Shown: positions 1 through 13,861 of the stretch, piece after piece
How positions within the stretch are numbered: position 1 is the stretch's first letter
How the letters are laid out: each line of letters starts with the position of its first letter
Source: Paragordius varius
Lineage: Eukaryota; Animalia; Nematomorpha
Assembly: GCA_964247055.1 (NCBI GenBank)
Contig: OZ176055.1
Location: forward strand, 7,626,001 to 7,690,000
Length of the DNA: 64,000 bases
Reading direction: 5' to 3'
The notes under the pieces: model-generated
Seen by the model: only the letters and a program-made list of their open reading frames with translations
What the model was told of the DNA's origin: nothing
Databases searched by the model: none
Program-made: the position numbers and the translations under genes

Positions 1-42
1 TTGATTCATAATCTTTCGAATACTTGATTTATAAAGTAATAG

Positions 43-1065
43 TTTTTACTCTCGTATGCCTCTAATTGTAAATACACTCTTTGCAAAGCAGTAGCATTAT
101 TTTTGGCTCATGGCTTTCATAATGCCCATAAATTGTTGAGGTTGTGTGAGGGTATGCTTAACTAATAAATATATATTAAGAATCAGACTTTTATTATAAA
201 ATTCGAAAAGTTCATGATGATAACTATGGGCTAATTTTATTTGTATAAGCTCATTATGAGAGCGAGTCCATATAATGTGTTCAATGTACATCAGTAAATT
301 ATGCCTTTTCCAGGTATGCATATACTCCTTTATTGGATAATCCCGAATACGATGACTCAGATGCCGAAGAATATGGATTATCGGGAGGGTACGTTCGTTT
401 AAATAGCAATGGTTTTGGACAAAATGGGACAACCATTGCAAATAAACGTATAATTAGCAATGGTAAGGTAAAGCGAATAAATACAAAAATCAAACCACAA
501 AATAATTTTGGTAATTATGACTCAAACACCTCTTCAGACAGCGAAACCAATCCAAACTTTAACGCTGAGGGCGAAGATGAAATTTTTAATGCAGCATCTG
601 CTAAAGGTATCATAATAAACTTAGTTTATTCGCCTAATTATTTTTGAAAGGTTTAAATCTCACATTAAGTTGATTAGATTTAGATTTTTGATTTCTTATT
701 ACTATTTATTTAAAAATTGCTTTTTTATTTCCATGATGATAATATATGTATAGAAATCTTAAAAGACAAAGCAGCCACCACACAAAGGGATCAAAATTCG
801 ACAAAGGTAGTTTTTTTTACTAATTACTTATAATAATTAAACAATAATATATTTTTTTTCGTCCTAGAACTCAGAAACGAATTCAAACACTATAAATACA
901 ACTAATCTGTTGGAACACACGTATATATTTATATACTATTGCGGTATTGTAGTATTTTAATTTGGTATTAATCTTTTATTAAATTTTTTTAGCTCAATAC
1001 CTAATCTAATTGACTCCGACGACGATGAGCAAATCAAACAGTTTGAAGTTGGAAAAATGCAATAA
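43..1065 (+). CDS. 3' portion of a multi-exon gene of unknown function with a D/N/S-rich low-complexity C-terminus; 5' part lies upstream of the window
   Basis: The last exons splice in frame with GT-AG sites: ...AASAK|EILKDKAATTQRDQNSTK|NSETNSNTINTTNLLEH|TSIPNLIDSDDDEQIKQFEVGKMQ*, with TAA at 1063-1065. Upstream exon 43-151 reads FLLSYASNCKYTLCKAVALFLAHGFHNAHKLLRLCE, followed by a 35-bp intron at 152-186. The junction between about 229 and 314 closes only with a GC donor. No family recognised. Confidence 0.6.
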
Positions 1066-4000
1066 ATAGATATACTATTTTTACTTAATAACAAATAAAG
1101 AAAAAGCTTAAAACATATACTTATAGATATTGTAATTAATTATATAGTTTTATATATATAGAAATAAATTTATTTTTGCAATACGGTTTATAGGAAAATT
1201 AAACAAATTCTTTATAAGAGTGATTGGGATTAGAATATACATATAATTAAAATAAACCCTCAAATAAACTAAAAAGATGCAAAATATGATTTTTTATGAC
1301 AATTTTTGTGCCACATAAAACCTATTTATATATATTTTATTTTTATATTTAAAAAAAATTAATCTTAATTTTACCAAATAAAAATGCCGCCTCAATAACA
1401 AATTTTAAAAAAATGATATTAATTTATTTTGGCATCAAAATGAAATTCCATTAAGAAAAAATAGTATAATTAATATGTAATATTTCTTTTTTTGATGATT
1501 TTAATGGCTAAGGAAAAATAAAATTTTTTTATTTTAAGTACAAGTTTAAGTTAGTTAAAATTAAGGCCGTGGTATATTATGCAAAATCAAGATGTGTTTA
1601 AGGTTATATTAATTTCATTTTTTATCAAATTTCACTTAAAAGAATTCAAAATTGTAAATATTTGCTCTCTCTCATACTTAAATTTATTTATTAACATTGA
1701 ATCATAATCAATTTTTGTAATATGGGGCTTCAAAAAAATATATTGAATATAAAACGCTTATTGACAGAAAGTATAATTATTGCAGAGATATTGTCTTGAT
1801 TGTAAATGAAATCAAATTATATTTTATTTCACACTAATTTTATTTAACAAATTTTGGAATTTTCTAATTATCCCAATACTAATGAATCAATTTAGTATTA
1901 ATTTATAGTTTTTAGCTCGAAAAATGTTATGACAATGGTTTGAAATGAATGAATAAATAAAAATAACAAGATATTTGGTTTGTATTTAGCTTCTTCCAAA
2001 AAAACTATTTATCATAATGTGCCCGTTATTAGATTTTGATTTTGGCTAATTGTGAAGATAATGCAATTTAAATTGATACCGTTTCTTTCAGTAGTTTTAA
2101 AAAATAAACTATAATAGAGATTGGGGTCACTTTATACCCCAATTCGAATCAAAATGTAAAAAATGACACACAATCGAATCTTGAAGCGTTTCAAATATGC
2201 TTATAAAAAAAATTTCACAATATTAATTAACAAAAAAGGAGTTTGGAATTCTCATTTCTTCCATAAAATTTTTTCTTATAGACTGTAAATTGGTTAATTT
2301 GTAAATAGCACAGCCACTGTGTTTTAATGCATTTTAAATATGTCAATATTTGCGCACACTAATTTGAGTCCACCATAATATACTTAGTTAATAAATAATT
2401 ACCGCTCTTTTTCACAGTCACAACCAACCTGTAGCGATATCATAGTTTTGTTAAAAAATGGAACATTTTTAATTTTAATTAAAACACATACAAATCTGAG
2501 CCGACCCAAATTTATCTAATTCCTTAATGTTCATTTATTAAAAATAAATGTTTGGCCCAAATTCTGACTGATTTATTTATATTTTTTTAACACATGTCAA
2601 TTGTTATATATATTTTATTTTTTTATCTATGTTTTAGTCTACAACATAATAGATTATTATTATTAAATCAATACTTAGGGCGGTTGATAACATATAAATT
2701 AGTTCTTATGTAAAAAATTACGACAAATATATATATATATATATATATATACTGATAAAAATACGAATATTATATTTGTTCAATAAACCATATTCCTCGA
2801 CTTTACATAAGTGATTAATGTCAAATATTTTGACAATAATGAATTACATTTGATAATGTTTAATTCATACTTTTAAAAAACCCCAAATTAATTAATATAT
2901 GCATATGTAACATATAGTTAGGTAAAACTTTATGTTTATTCATATTTGTATTAAAAAAAATTTCGTAATAATATTAATGCATGTATTTTCATAATGGCTG
3001 TTTTTCAATCTCACCAATTTGTCGTAATATCAGTTTAAAAGGTATATATATTTATATTATACATTCATTCACAATCATAACATTTAAATAATTTTTTAAC
3101 ATAAATATTTTTTGCTTGATTTTTTAACTTGCGATGGTCAATTTTACTAAAAAATATCAGCAATATATTGTAACACTTAAATTGGAGTGAGACCTCTATA
3201 TTTTAACCTTGGTGGTGATGTTATAAATGTGTTAATAAGATATATCACATAAAATGGTAAAAGGACCGCATTTAACTCTTACGCTAGCCATTATTTAAAC
3301 GATTATAATTATGCTACACACTTTATATACGTACCATTTCTCATATAACACATTTTGTACTTAAAATAATTTTTTTTATTGGAAAAAAAATGTTTCATAT
3401 GTATGTAATAAGGTTTGAAATGTATAATAATAATAAGTGGTTTGGTCTATGGTCAAACTTTTATAACAAAATTTGGAATTAAAATATTTTTTTTTCAATT
3501 TTAAAAACTGCAGCGCATATTTAATGCATGGAAAAACCTTGTGTCTACACACTTAAATAATTTTATAATTAATACCATCTTTAATCCATATTCCATCATT
3601 TCATTGTCATTATCAAGGATTTTAATTTAATTATTATTCTTACATCAAACTTAAAAGATGAAATACATCTTATTTCAATTGTGAAAAATTTATTAAAAAA
3701 TTTTGTTTGAACGATATTAACTTTAATAATAAATAATAATTGAACCCTCTTTTTACCTTGAGAAATAGCCAAAAAACTCTATCTGAAATATATTGATAAT
3801 ATTGAATATTCATCACCATTCGTAATTTATTAAGTAAGTTAAATTTAATCAATAAGTGCTAACCCAATTTGCCTATAGATGTTTTATTAATGTTTTATTT
3901 ATTTTAAAAAAATATTTTTGGTGAGTCGTCTTTTGACGATACGATGTTAAAATGCCCCCTGAAAGTTCCATAATTTTGCCTCCGGTGTTTCTAATTTTCT

Positions 4001-4531
4001 AGGGTCAATTTTGATGCAATTCGACAATATATATTAACTTTTAAATATTACTGATATTATATTCATTGTATTAATTAATTTTATACCAATGCGTATTTCA
4101 CATTTTATATATTGTTTATTTTTATTGTTTAAAATTTATTTTAGATAATGCTGTGTTGTATTCCTGATGTGACACATTGATCTTGATTATATAAATTAAT
4201 CCTTCCTGAAAATTGTGATTCAGCCCAAGAAAAACAATATAAAATACATTGAATGTATTGACATCTATATATTAATAGAAAACATAAAAAACCAATAGCA
4301 ATCACATCTAAAAAATTATATATTTTTAAAGCCCGCATTTCTTTATCGCAAATTATTTTTTGAAACTCATGCGCTGTACCACTGTTGAAAAAAACGCACA
4401 TCAATCGGATTAGTCATTTGGAATTCCAAATATCTTACATATTTATTAATCAATAATAGAAAATTATTTAAACTTATTTACAACTAAAACGCATATATAA
4501 ATTGATTTTTTTCCATTATACTTAATTCACC

Positions 4532-7500
4532 ATGAGTGGTAATATAAAATTTGCTAAAAGTTATTTTTGCTTATATTCTGCTGCCATTTTCATATTATCC
4601 CACCTTATAAGTTACGTGTCCTCTCGTCAATGTCCAGGAGTTGACGTAAATTCGGACCCCAATGTACCGCCAAATCCGTTACTTTGGAGAAGTCAACCAC
4701 AAATACATGTGGTTAAATGGATCCCTGACAATCTTTGCAATAACGTACAAGAGTGTTACGGAAATTCTGGTATATATTTTGTTTCTGGGTTACTTTCCTC
4801 AATAAATATGACAATATTTACAAAATGGATTATACTATTTTATTATCTAATATTAAGATAGAAATAAGGTTCAATAAAAACGCTTAAATATGCTAGAAAT
4901 TAGCGAGTAATTTAGGTTAATGTTGCAGAAACACTTATTATTTCATTCATATTTATACAATTCTTTTTAACGGGTATTTTGTTTGATAAAAATGTAATAT
5001 CTACATACATATACTTTATAGGTTTTACGCAATATACAATGTTTTTATAAACGCATTCATAGGAAGTCCGGATGAGGTTTCAGATCACTATCCCCAGTTG
5101 TGTCCGCTCTACATTCAGCACGGAGATCCAGTTTACTTTGTTTCAGGCCCTAATGAAAATGATTACTTGAACCCCATGGCTGTGAGCCAACGTGATTTCC
5201 ATAATTGCAGTTTAATCACTTATCCATATTACGGAAAGGTTACCACGCTTCCCAAACGCCATTCTCTCTTGGTCCCTGCCAAATTTTTATTTCCTCAAAC
5301 ACATCATTTTGTTCAGATACCTTTTCTCGGCTCTCCGGGTTGTGAAACTGGGTTCAGACTCAGGGTTACTGTCAGGACGCAGGACTGTACTGTCGCTTCA
5401 TACTCTAACGTACCATGTTTTGGGAATGGATATTGTGTTTTTATAGATAAAAACGCTCGCTTACGTTCCAACCAATTAGGTGCGTCTAATGGGGCGAATG
5501 GGACAGAATATTGTGAAAAGGATGATGCTAGTGAAGTAATGTGTTTTTCATTAAAATTTTTGCATTTTAATTAATGATAGCCTGATATTCAAATTTTTTG
5601 CATATATACCCACAAAATAATTTAGACAAATGGGACGTCTCAGCTTTTTACCTGCAAATGTCGCGTTCCCTTTAAGGGGCGTTACTGTGAAGATTATGAT
5701 GCTTGTTGGAACAATTCCTGTCTTAACGGTGGCCAATGCCATGATTTACGGAAAGGAATCAATAATAAAGATTATACGTGTACATGCCCTGCTAATTGGA
5801 TAGGTAGGGCTATCTTTTAAATTTGACGATTATGTAAAAGTCAATTAATTATTTAAAATAATGTTTGCATCATAAATGACCTTCGTCATAATATGTATTG
5901 ATATTTCCTTTTTATATGCATTTTATATTTTTTTGAAATTAAGGGAAAAGGTGCGAATTCGTCAAATCTTGTTTCGAAGATCTATGTCAAAACGATGGAC
6001 AATGTTTTTATGATACGTCGCGTCCAGGGCATTATCAATGTGTTTGTCAACCCGGATTCAGTGGTCAACGCTGTGAGCAATCTTCAGCACCCGGGCGGGA
6101 ATACTTACAAAATTTAACGCAAAACTTGATTCGCGAACAAGATGCAAGAGATCGAGCGCTACTGGGTAAAGATGGAGAAATGATTCAAAATTTAGATATA
6201 TTGGGTAGCAATGCTACCCGATTAGTTTATCCACGCATCATTATCCCAGGGTACATTACCCAAGGTGGTCCAAACAATCCACCACCTACCTTCTGTACTG
6301 CTGGTAATCAAGATTGTGCAGAATGTGGTTGTGGTTTTAGCGGAGTGTGCCTCAAAGAAAAATCCACCGGTCCAAATTCATGTTTTTGTCCACCTGGTGT
6401 ATCCGGACCTGCTTGTCAAACCTTGGCAGGTATTTGTACGTATGCGCAGCCTTGCTTAAACGGTGGCACATGTTTAGAACGAATGACCCCTTCAGATCAA
6501 TCAAAACCTCTTACAGTCCCTGGTCAAGATGATGCAGAAGCACTTGTTTTTCAGGCTCCTGGTGAGAATTCTCCACCACAACCAACTATTCCATGGTCTG
6601 TTTTAACTGCCAAACCTTCTCCATCATCTCAACAACAATCGAACATACCTGGTGCAGTTGAAAATTTCCAGCCGCAAACTACTCCTAACGCTCTACTAAA
6701 TGGGGGAGATCCTAATCAAAAACGGTCTTATGTTTGTTTGTGTCCCACCGGCTTTTTCGGACCCAATTGTGAAAATAATATAAATGATCCCTCACTTTGT
6801 ACGACACCAGATGGGCTTATCAAAGGCCAGCAAGAAGGGATAGATTTAGGTAAATAATTATTTTTTGTTTATTTGAAATATTAAAATATATACTTAATAA
6901 TGGTAGGACAAATATGTCAGGCTAGACGAGAAAATAATATTAAGTTTCCTATTACGTCATATCGTAATAACATCCCTCCTTATTCGTATGATCCTCAGCC
7001 ATCGAATCAATATCCTGCCTCGTCACCTAATCATGAGAAATCTTTTGACACTGCACGTGAAGAGCTTGACACTCAACATAGGTTAGAATATGAAAAAGGT
7101 ATCCGAGAAATGTTACTTAGTTGTCAGAACGGTGGAACCAAAATTAATAATGGGAACCCTAATGAGCCATGTAGGTGTCCGGACGGGTTTAGTGGTAGAT
7201 TTTGTGAATCCGCAATAGGAACTAAACGAAACCAGTTTTTTAATCCTGAGGACTATGAGGTAACTTCTGCACCAACTGAAACCATGACTCCAGCTCCGCC
7301 GTTGAGAAATGAACCAATCCCAGCTTATATTACACCTTTGGCCCCCGTTTTCGCTGACATAGCGGGACAAACATCCTATACCCCACCTCCAATGCATAGA
7401 GATATTGGATTTTATCCGCCAGGTATTAATGATACCATCTATAAATCTGAACAATGGTTGCCTTCCTATCCCACACCTTCTCCGCCCATTAATAAAATAG

Positions 7501-10500
7501 CAGTTGTCAATGATCAAAATATTTATGGCCAACCTGTTGCAACAACACCTTCCCCACCCATCTATCCAATTGTTATTGGTATTAATTTCGTTTTGGTACT
7601 GCCTGCACGGATTCCAATCTATTTCCGATCTTTTCCAATGTGTGCATGCCGCCAATTCTTTTAGCCTATATTTCTACCATTTTCTGTAAAAGACTTTGCA
7701 TGGTATTTTATAAATATATACTGTATTTTATGTGTGATTTGGAGTGAGTGCTCATTGTCATAATACATTAGCATATGTTAGAGCATTTCAAATTAATATA
7801 TTTAGAGCAATCACAAACATTGCAGCCTGCACCACCAACTTTACAACCTTTGATAACACAAAATCTTGATAGGCTAAATGACGTATCTAAAGGAGAAGAA
7901 CAAGAAGAAGCTTTTCCGACAATACGCACATTAAGACCTATGCCAGTCATGCACGATGCGGAAGTAATATCAACTACTGAATCATACCATCCGCTTCCAT
8001 CAGCCGAACACGCTCGAAGGCAGATGATTGAAGAATTGAAGGTATCGTGTCAAAATGGTGGCACCCCACAAATATCTCCAAGTTTAAACGTTGAAACTTT
8101 CAAATGTACGTGTCCGCCTGGATTTGCTGGTAGATACTGTGAATCTACCGTCATGATTACAGAAGTTCCTAATCTACCAATAACTACCGTTCCCCCTGTG
8201 GTATTAGTGAGAGAACCACCAGCAACAATATATTCACCTCCTGTTGTTAGTGTTCCTGAAAACGAAAAAGTTTTTTATGTACCAAAACAACTAGAAACGG
8301 ATTCTCGGATAAATACAAATGTAGCACCAACACAAATAGTTGTTAAGCAACAAGTTGGACAGCAATCTGGACCATTACATCCGGTTCAAAACAGTTTTCC
8401 AGACTATGACTCAATAAAACAATATAATGAGTATAATGCGTTACCGGGTCGGATCATCAATACTCGGATCCTTAATGCAATGTGTCAAAATGGTGGCACA
8501 CCTTTTCTAGAACCGAGAGGAGATGTGCGCAATTTCATGTGCCTTTGTCCGCCCAATTTTCAAGGTCGATATTGTGAAACAACTGTCCCATATGTAAACT
8601 ACAATGTCCCAATTCAACCTGAAGGAAATTCGATGGCCTATCAAATTGCCCCAGCACCCTTGCAAACTCCATATGTAGTGGGTGTTAATCAAGGTCAACG
8701 AAAATATTCATACATCGTTCCGTAAAAATGTCCTAATGAAAACATTTTTGCCTTCTTTTTGCGAATTGAATCAAAAGATCTCTTTAAGACACATTAATTT
8801 ATTCATATTTATAACAATTTTTTTTATTGATTATTAGAATTTAACAAAAACTTTGGATCTCGATTCTTACCTAATTAAATTTATAGATGTGCTAATCTTA
8901 TCCTAAATAAATTTTCCATGTGATAATTAGTCAAATAAATTAACTCAAATACGAAATCTTAATATTAGTAAATATTTAATTATGAAGTGATTTTCACCCA
9001 AAAACTTTTAATTATTCCATCAATGCACGACTTCCCCTTCTTAACTATTTTTAAAAAATACATATATCGTTAATGCACGTCTTAAAGAGATCTTTCGATC
9101 CCTAGTTTTTTATTATTTTATTTGTGAGCACGGAGTGTAAAAATTAGTATTAATACAACAGATAAACAACCAATTCCTTACCCCCATTCACCGGGAAGAC
9201 AGGAATACGATTCTAGTGTATATATAAATACTCCAAATCTAGCGCCTCAATACGATCAAAAAGATACATATGTTGACCAGTATGACAGAGCTAAAACTGG
9301 GCGATTTCCTCATCAATCTAGTGATAGTGATGCCCCAATGACTTATCCAAAAACCATAGTTGTTTCAACTATGAATAATCAAAATGGCCAACAAGATGTT
9401 GCGAATAAGCAACAAAATTTTCCAGCATCCTTTTATGTGCGGTGTCAAAATGGCGGAACACCGTACTACACGACACCCTATGAATCTGGTGTATATTGTA
9501 TTTGTCCAGCCAATTTTTATGGCAAATATTGTGAAAGTGCAGCAAGCCTTCCCCCTCAACTCCCAACACTAATACAACAAACTTATACAGATGGTCCCCC
9601 TATAAACAATGGTTTTCTAGTTATATTTATCCGATCCTATCGTTTGATTTTTTTGCATGAAGAAATAATTGTCTAAAAACTTCCATTTTATTTGTGTTGT
9701 TTAGGAGCACAAACACCATCCACAATGGGACAAACTTTGGAATGCATGAATGGCGGGACACCCGATTTCGTTTCATACGTTTGTCGGTGTCCTCCACGTA
9801 TAGCAGGCTCCCGTTGTGAATTTATGTTAGGTCAACCATCGCCAAGTCCAACGCCTAGCATGGAGCCACCCATGAGTGAATCATCACCTAGTTCAGTTAC
9901 CCCGGTTATCCCAATCGTAGTTGGGGATGTTAGAACATTTGAAACTACCTCCTTTCCATCAACAATGCCACCCACAACGCCTGAACCAACAACATTGCCT
10001 GGTTTAGGTATGAAAATATTAGTTAGCGTTTGTACAATCTATTTTCCTATTTCTGAAATATATTAAAAATACCAATTATCAATGTCAATAATATTTTCTC
10101 ATTATTTTGTCAAAGGTGTATGTGTTGATAATTATGAATGTCAAAACGGAGGCCAATGCATACGAAATACCCTACCCAACGGGCAACCCTTGAATCAATG
10201 CTTATGCCCGTCACCATACTCTGGTAGAATCTGTGATAAAGGTTTTTTAACTATATATATACTTTTTTTCAAAATAAAATTTATATACATATTAAATCTG
10301 TATCTTGTCATGATAGCTAATGATCTAACAAATCCCATGTTTACTGGACAATCATTAGTTACGATTGAGCGACCGATTGCATGGAACCCTGGAGAGCGCT
10401 TAACGATAGATGTAGAAATTAATCCACAATCCGACACAGGCACTATCTTAAAATTGATAAACCCTGGACAGAATCCTCCAAACTCCAACATTTCCTTCCA

Positions 10501-13500
10501 TCTTTACCTAAAAGATGGTCAAATACATTACGATGTTATACATGATCCAACAAACACTGTTTTGGCGCACGTGATATCCAACAACGACATTAAAATTGGT
10601 CAACCAAATAAAATACAGATTGAGTAATTATTAAATTTGCCAGAAATAAATATATAAATATTAAAATATTATAATAAAAATAAATTAATATAAAGCTTTG
10701 GAATTTTTATATTATATTTTTTTTAATTTTGTATCTTTTTTAGAAACACATTTGTTCCGGGAAGTAATCGTTTGGGCTCCGTAAGTCTAGCCGTAAGCAA
10801 TGACCAGGAAACTGCTTTAGATGTGGTTACCATTTCAAACAACACTATGCCAACCTTCAACATTGATATTGCTATGGGTCCGGCCTCTGCTATTTATATT
10901 GGGTCTGGCGGTTCTGATAGACTGTTAACTATCCCAGGCGTCCATCCGGACAATGATAAAGACAGAGGAAATTACCGTGGTACCATAACCAATTTACTTA
11001 TAAATGGACAACCTATCAATTTAGTGTCCGACGCTAGCTCAAGTTTTGGACTTGTACCTTTGGATTCAGGGTCTTGTGACAATAAATGTCGGAATGGTGG
11101 TCAATGCACAATGTAAGGATATTATAGTTTATTTATACAGTGTGTTAAATTATAATTATTGATCAAATGCAGTTTCTATTATAATATTTTATAATGAATA
11201 AAGATTTCTTTTGTTATAAGTATTTATGAGCAAATAATAAAATAAACAAAGTTACAAAAAATTAGATTTTATTATGTCATTATCTTAGGAATGGCTGGAA
11301 CGCTGTTTGCACCTGTCCTTCCGGGTTTCAAGGGGTCTTTTGTGAAAGCCAGGGATGTGATCAATGTCAAAATGGAGGCATGTGTATTAATCTAAGAGGC
11401 AAAAATAGTCACATCTGTTTGTGCCCATACGGTTTCACCGGATTAAATTGCGATCAAAGTATATTGTAAATTACAGTTTTTCAAATCCAAAATAAAACTA
11501 ATAGTTTATGAGAATTTTAATTCCATGCAGTAAAATTAATTATACCCCGTTGACATTTGCCAACATTTGGTAGTATGATGCAGTCTTTTTATATAGTCTA
11601 ATTTTTTACTTAGTATGTCTATCTATTTCTTTTTGAAATAACTATTCAGTAATTCAGATATTTAGCATAACGATTCTTCACCCCATCACATTATTTATGA
11701 GTTTTTTGACAATTATGTTACAGAATTAGAAATGGATACGAAAAACACCTATCAATTTAGTGGTATGAAATACGGTTATACATCTTACGTTCAATTTTCC
11801 CCACCAAAAAACATGGATTTCGAGTTTGAGATTCAGTTCAAATTTATTTCTCCGGCCAATTCTACGGCCTGGAAGAATAGTTTACTTGTGTTTTCTGGCC
11901 CCAATATGATGCAAAGCAAAAATGGTCCTTACTTCGTTGTTGGCATACATGATAACACTCTTGTTTACCGAATCGATCCAGTAGGAGATGATCAAACTGG
12001 TAATTATGCAGCACATAAAACAAATTTCGATAATATTAATAGTTTAATATGCATTGCCAAAAATAAAATCTAACCTATTTTTATACTCTATTTCCTTTAT
12101 TTAAAAATTCTTACGCGTTCGATAAGATTTTCTATCTTTTATAGAGATGTATTAGTTTTATCGCTTTTTTCAATCTTGGTTTAATAGATCAGATGCAAGA
12201 ATTAACTATTCCTCTGGATACCAACTTACCATCGCATGAGGTAAGATTTGGTCGCAATCTTCAAGAAATATGGTTGAGTGCAGATTCCAATCCTGAAGCA
12301 CGGAGTAACTAAAAAATTATTTTATTTAGAAGGCTATCACTACCATTTTTTGAATTTTAAATCCTTATAACAAATTAATACATACCACTTTTTGATTATG
12401 AATCTTTATGTTATAGCCCAACTAACTGGCCCATCAAATGTCAGAATGAATGTTTGGAATGGAATTTTCTTTGGAGGTTACCCAACCTACCTCATGCAAC
12501 TTCTTCCACGGGGTGCTTCCTTGTTCCGTAATGGATTTAAGGGTCAGTTTTTTATGTTATATTTTGCGCAAATTATATTGTCATTTTGAAATTTATTTAC
12601 TCAATCATTGTATGAACCATTTATAACATATCTTACAACTAGGTTGCGTTTATGATATTGCGGTACGTGGTGGCAGTAACAGTCAGCTACGACCTATAAC
12701 GGATGCTGGATCTCGATTAGTTAAAAGTTTGAATACATTACCGTGTTTCAAGGAGCCGTGGTGTGCAAGCGATAACATGGCCCTTTCAACGTGTCAAAAT
12801 GAAGGCGTGTGCATAGATTTAGGTGCTAACTATTACTGCCGATGTATGCCTCAATGGATGGGGCAACGTTGTGAAATACCAAATCCTGCCCTCACAACTA
12901 CTCCCATATCCAATGCCATTCAAACAAGTTTTTTTTCCCTATTAATCCACTATTTATTGAGTTTGTTTGTGGCATGATAGATAAATTATTTTAAAAAATA
13001 TATAATCATTTATTTTGGATAATACAGATATAGGTGGGATTATACTACCTGGAGCAACAGATTTTACAACTCTCCAAGGAGACGCCCAACAAACAGGAAT
13101 AGCGACGCCCATAGATTTGAGTCGGAATCAGTGCGAACTTATCATAGATAATTCATTGAATGAACCCTTTAGTGTTAATATACGGTTTGCTGGCACTCCG
13201 AATTCCGATCAAATCATCATTGTCTTAAACATCGTAATATCTCTTGCCATTTTTATATTTTATATTTTTAAAACAAATTGATTGATGATACATTTACATT
13301 AGATGGCTGAAAATCGATCATTGTACAAATTAACATTCATTTTGGATTTCCGACCCTTAATTAACCTGAAACAGGGTGAATCTGTAGCAATCAAAGATGA
13401 CGTATTCGTACTTCCACTAAACAACTCACTCAAGATACGAAATTTTACATTGTCAAAGTACTGTTTTTATTATCAATAAATTTATTAAATTATATATCTT

Positions 13501-13861
13501 TATTTGATAATATAGAATCAAATCTAAATTGAGTATCAATGTAAATGATGTTGTACACGATCTTAATGTTAATATCACAAATCACGAAATCATTCATAGT
13601 CTATCCCTAGGATTGGGTAAGAATTGTAATTTAAAATAAAAGAAACATTGTTTGTTCACTATATTTTTTGTAAAATTATAAACATATATATATTCTGTAG
13701 GTAATATCAATCGAAACCAATCAAGCCTAACCTTCATGGCTGGAAATGATTTTTGCTATAAAACAGCTGAATTAATTATTCAGAATTCCATTATCAATAT
13801 TGATGATTATTTTAATTGCAATATGATCAAACGGTGTCCTGACACCATGAGGCGACGCTAA
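4532..13861 (+). CDS. EYS: Eyes shut (EYS/spacemaker)-like secreted EGF + laminin-G protein, about 18 exons
   Basis: Signal peptide MSGNIKFAKSYFCLYSAAIFILSHLISYVSS. The N-terminal domain has PQLCPLYIQHGD...CETGFRLRVTVRTQDC, matching my recollection of vertebrate EYS PQICPLQIQLGD...CPLGLRLNVTVKQQFC. About 14 EGF-like modules, then LamG-EGF-EGF-LamG-EGF-degenerate LamG (e.g. IFFGGYP...NGFKGCVYDI). No TM helix. Exons 4532-4769, 5063-5535, 5626-5803, 5944-6849, 6907-7578, 7806-8693, 9162-9611 and onward join in frame to TAA at 13859-13861. Confidence 0.8.

Noticed and set aside
43-1065. Prominin (EYS partner) as the identity of gene 1
   Set aside because: No convincing match to the prominin last-TM/C-terminal motif; the idea came only from proximity to EYS.
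7113-7655. Minus-strand 180-aa ORF and other overlapping ORFs within the EYS-like and gene 3 exons
   Set aside because: Antisense or alternative-frame shadows of GC-richer coding exons, with no recognisable motifs.
4532-13861. Notch, Crumbs, Delta or agrin as the identity of the EGF gene
   Set aside because: No LNR/ankyrin, DSL, follistatin/SEA or TM/cytoplasmic tail. The N-terminal motif and C-terminal LamG set fit EYS better.
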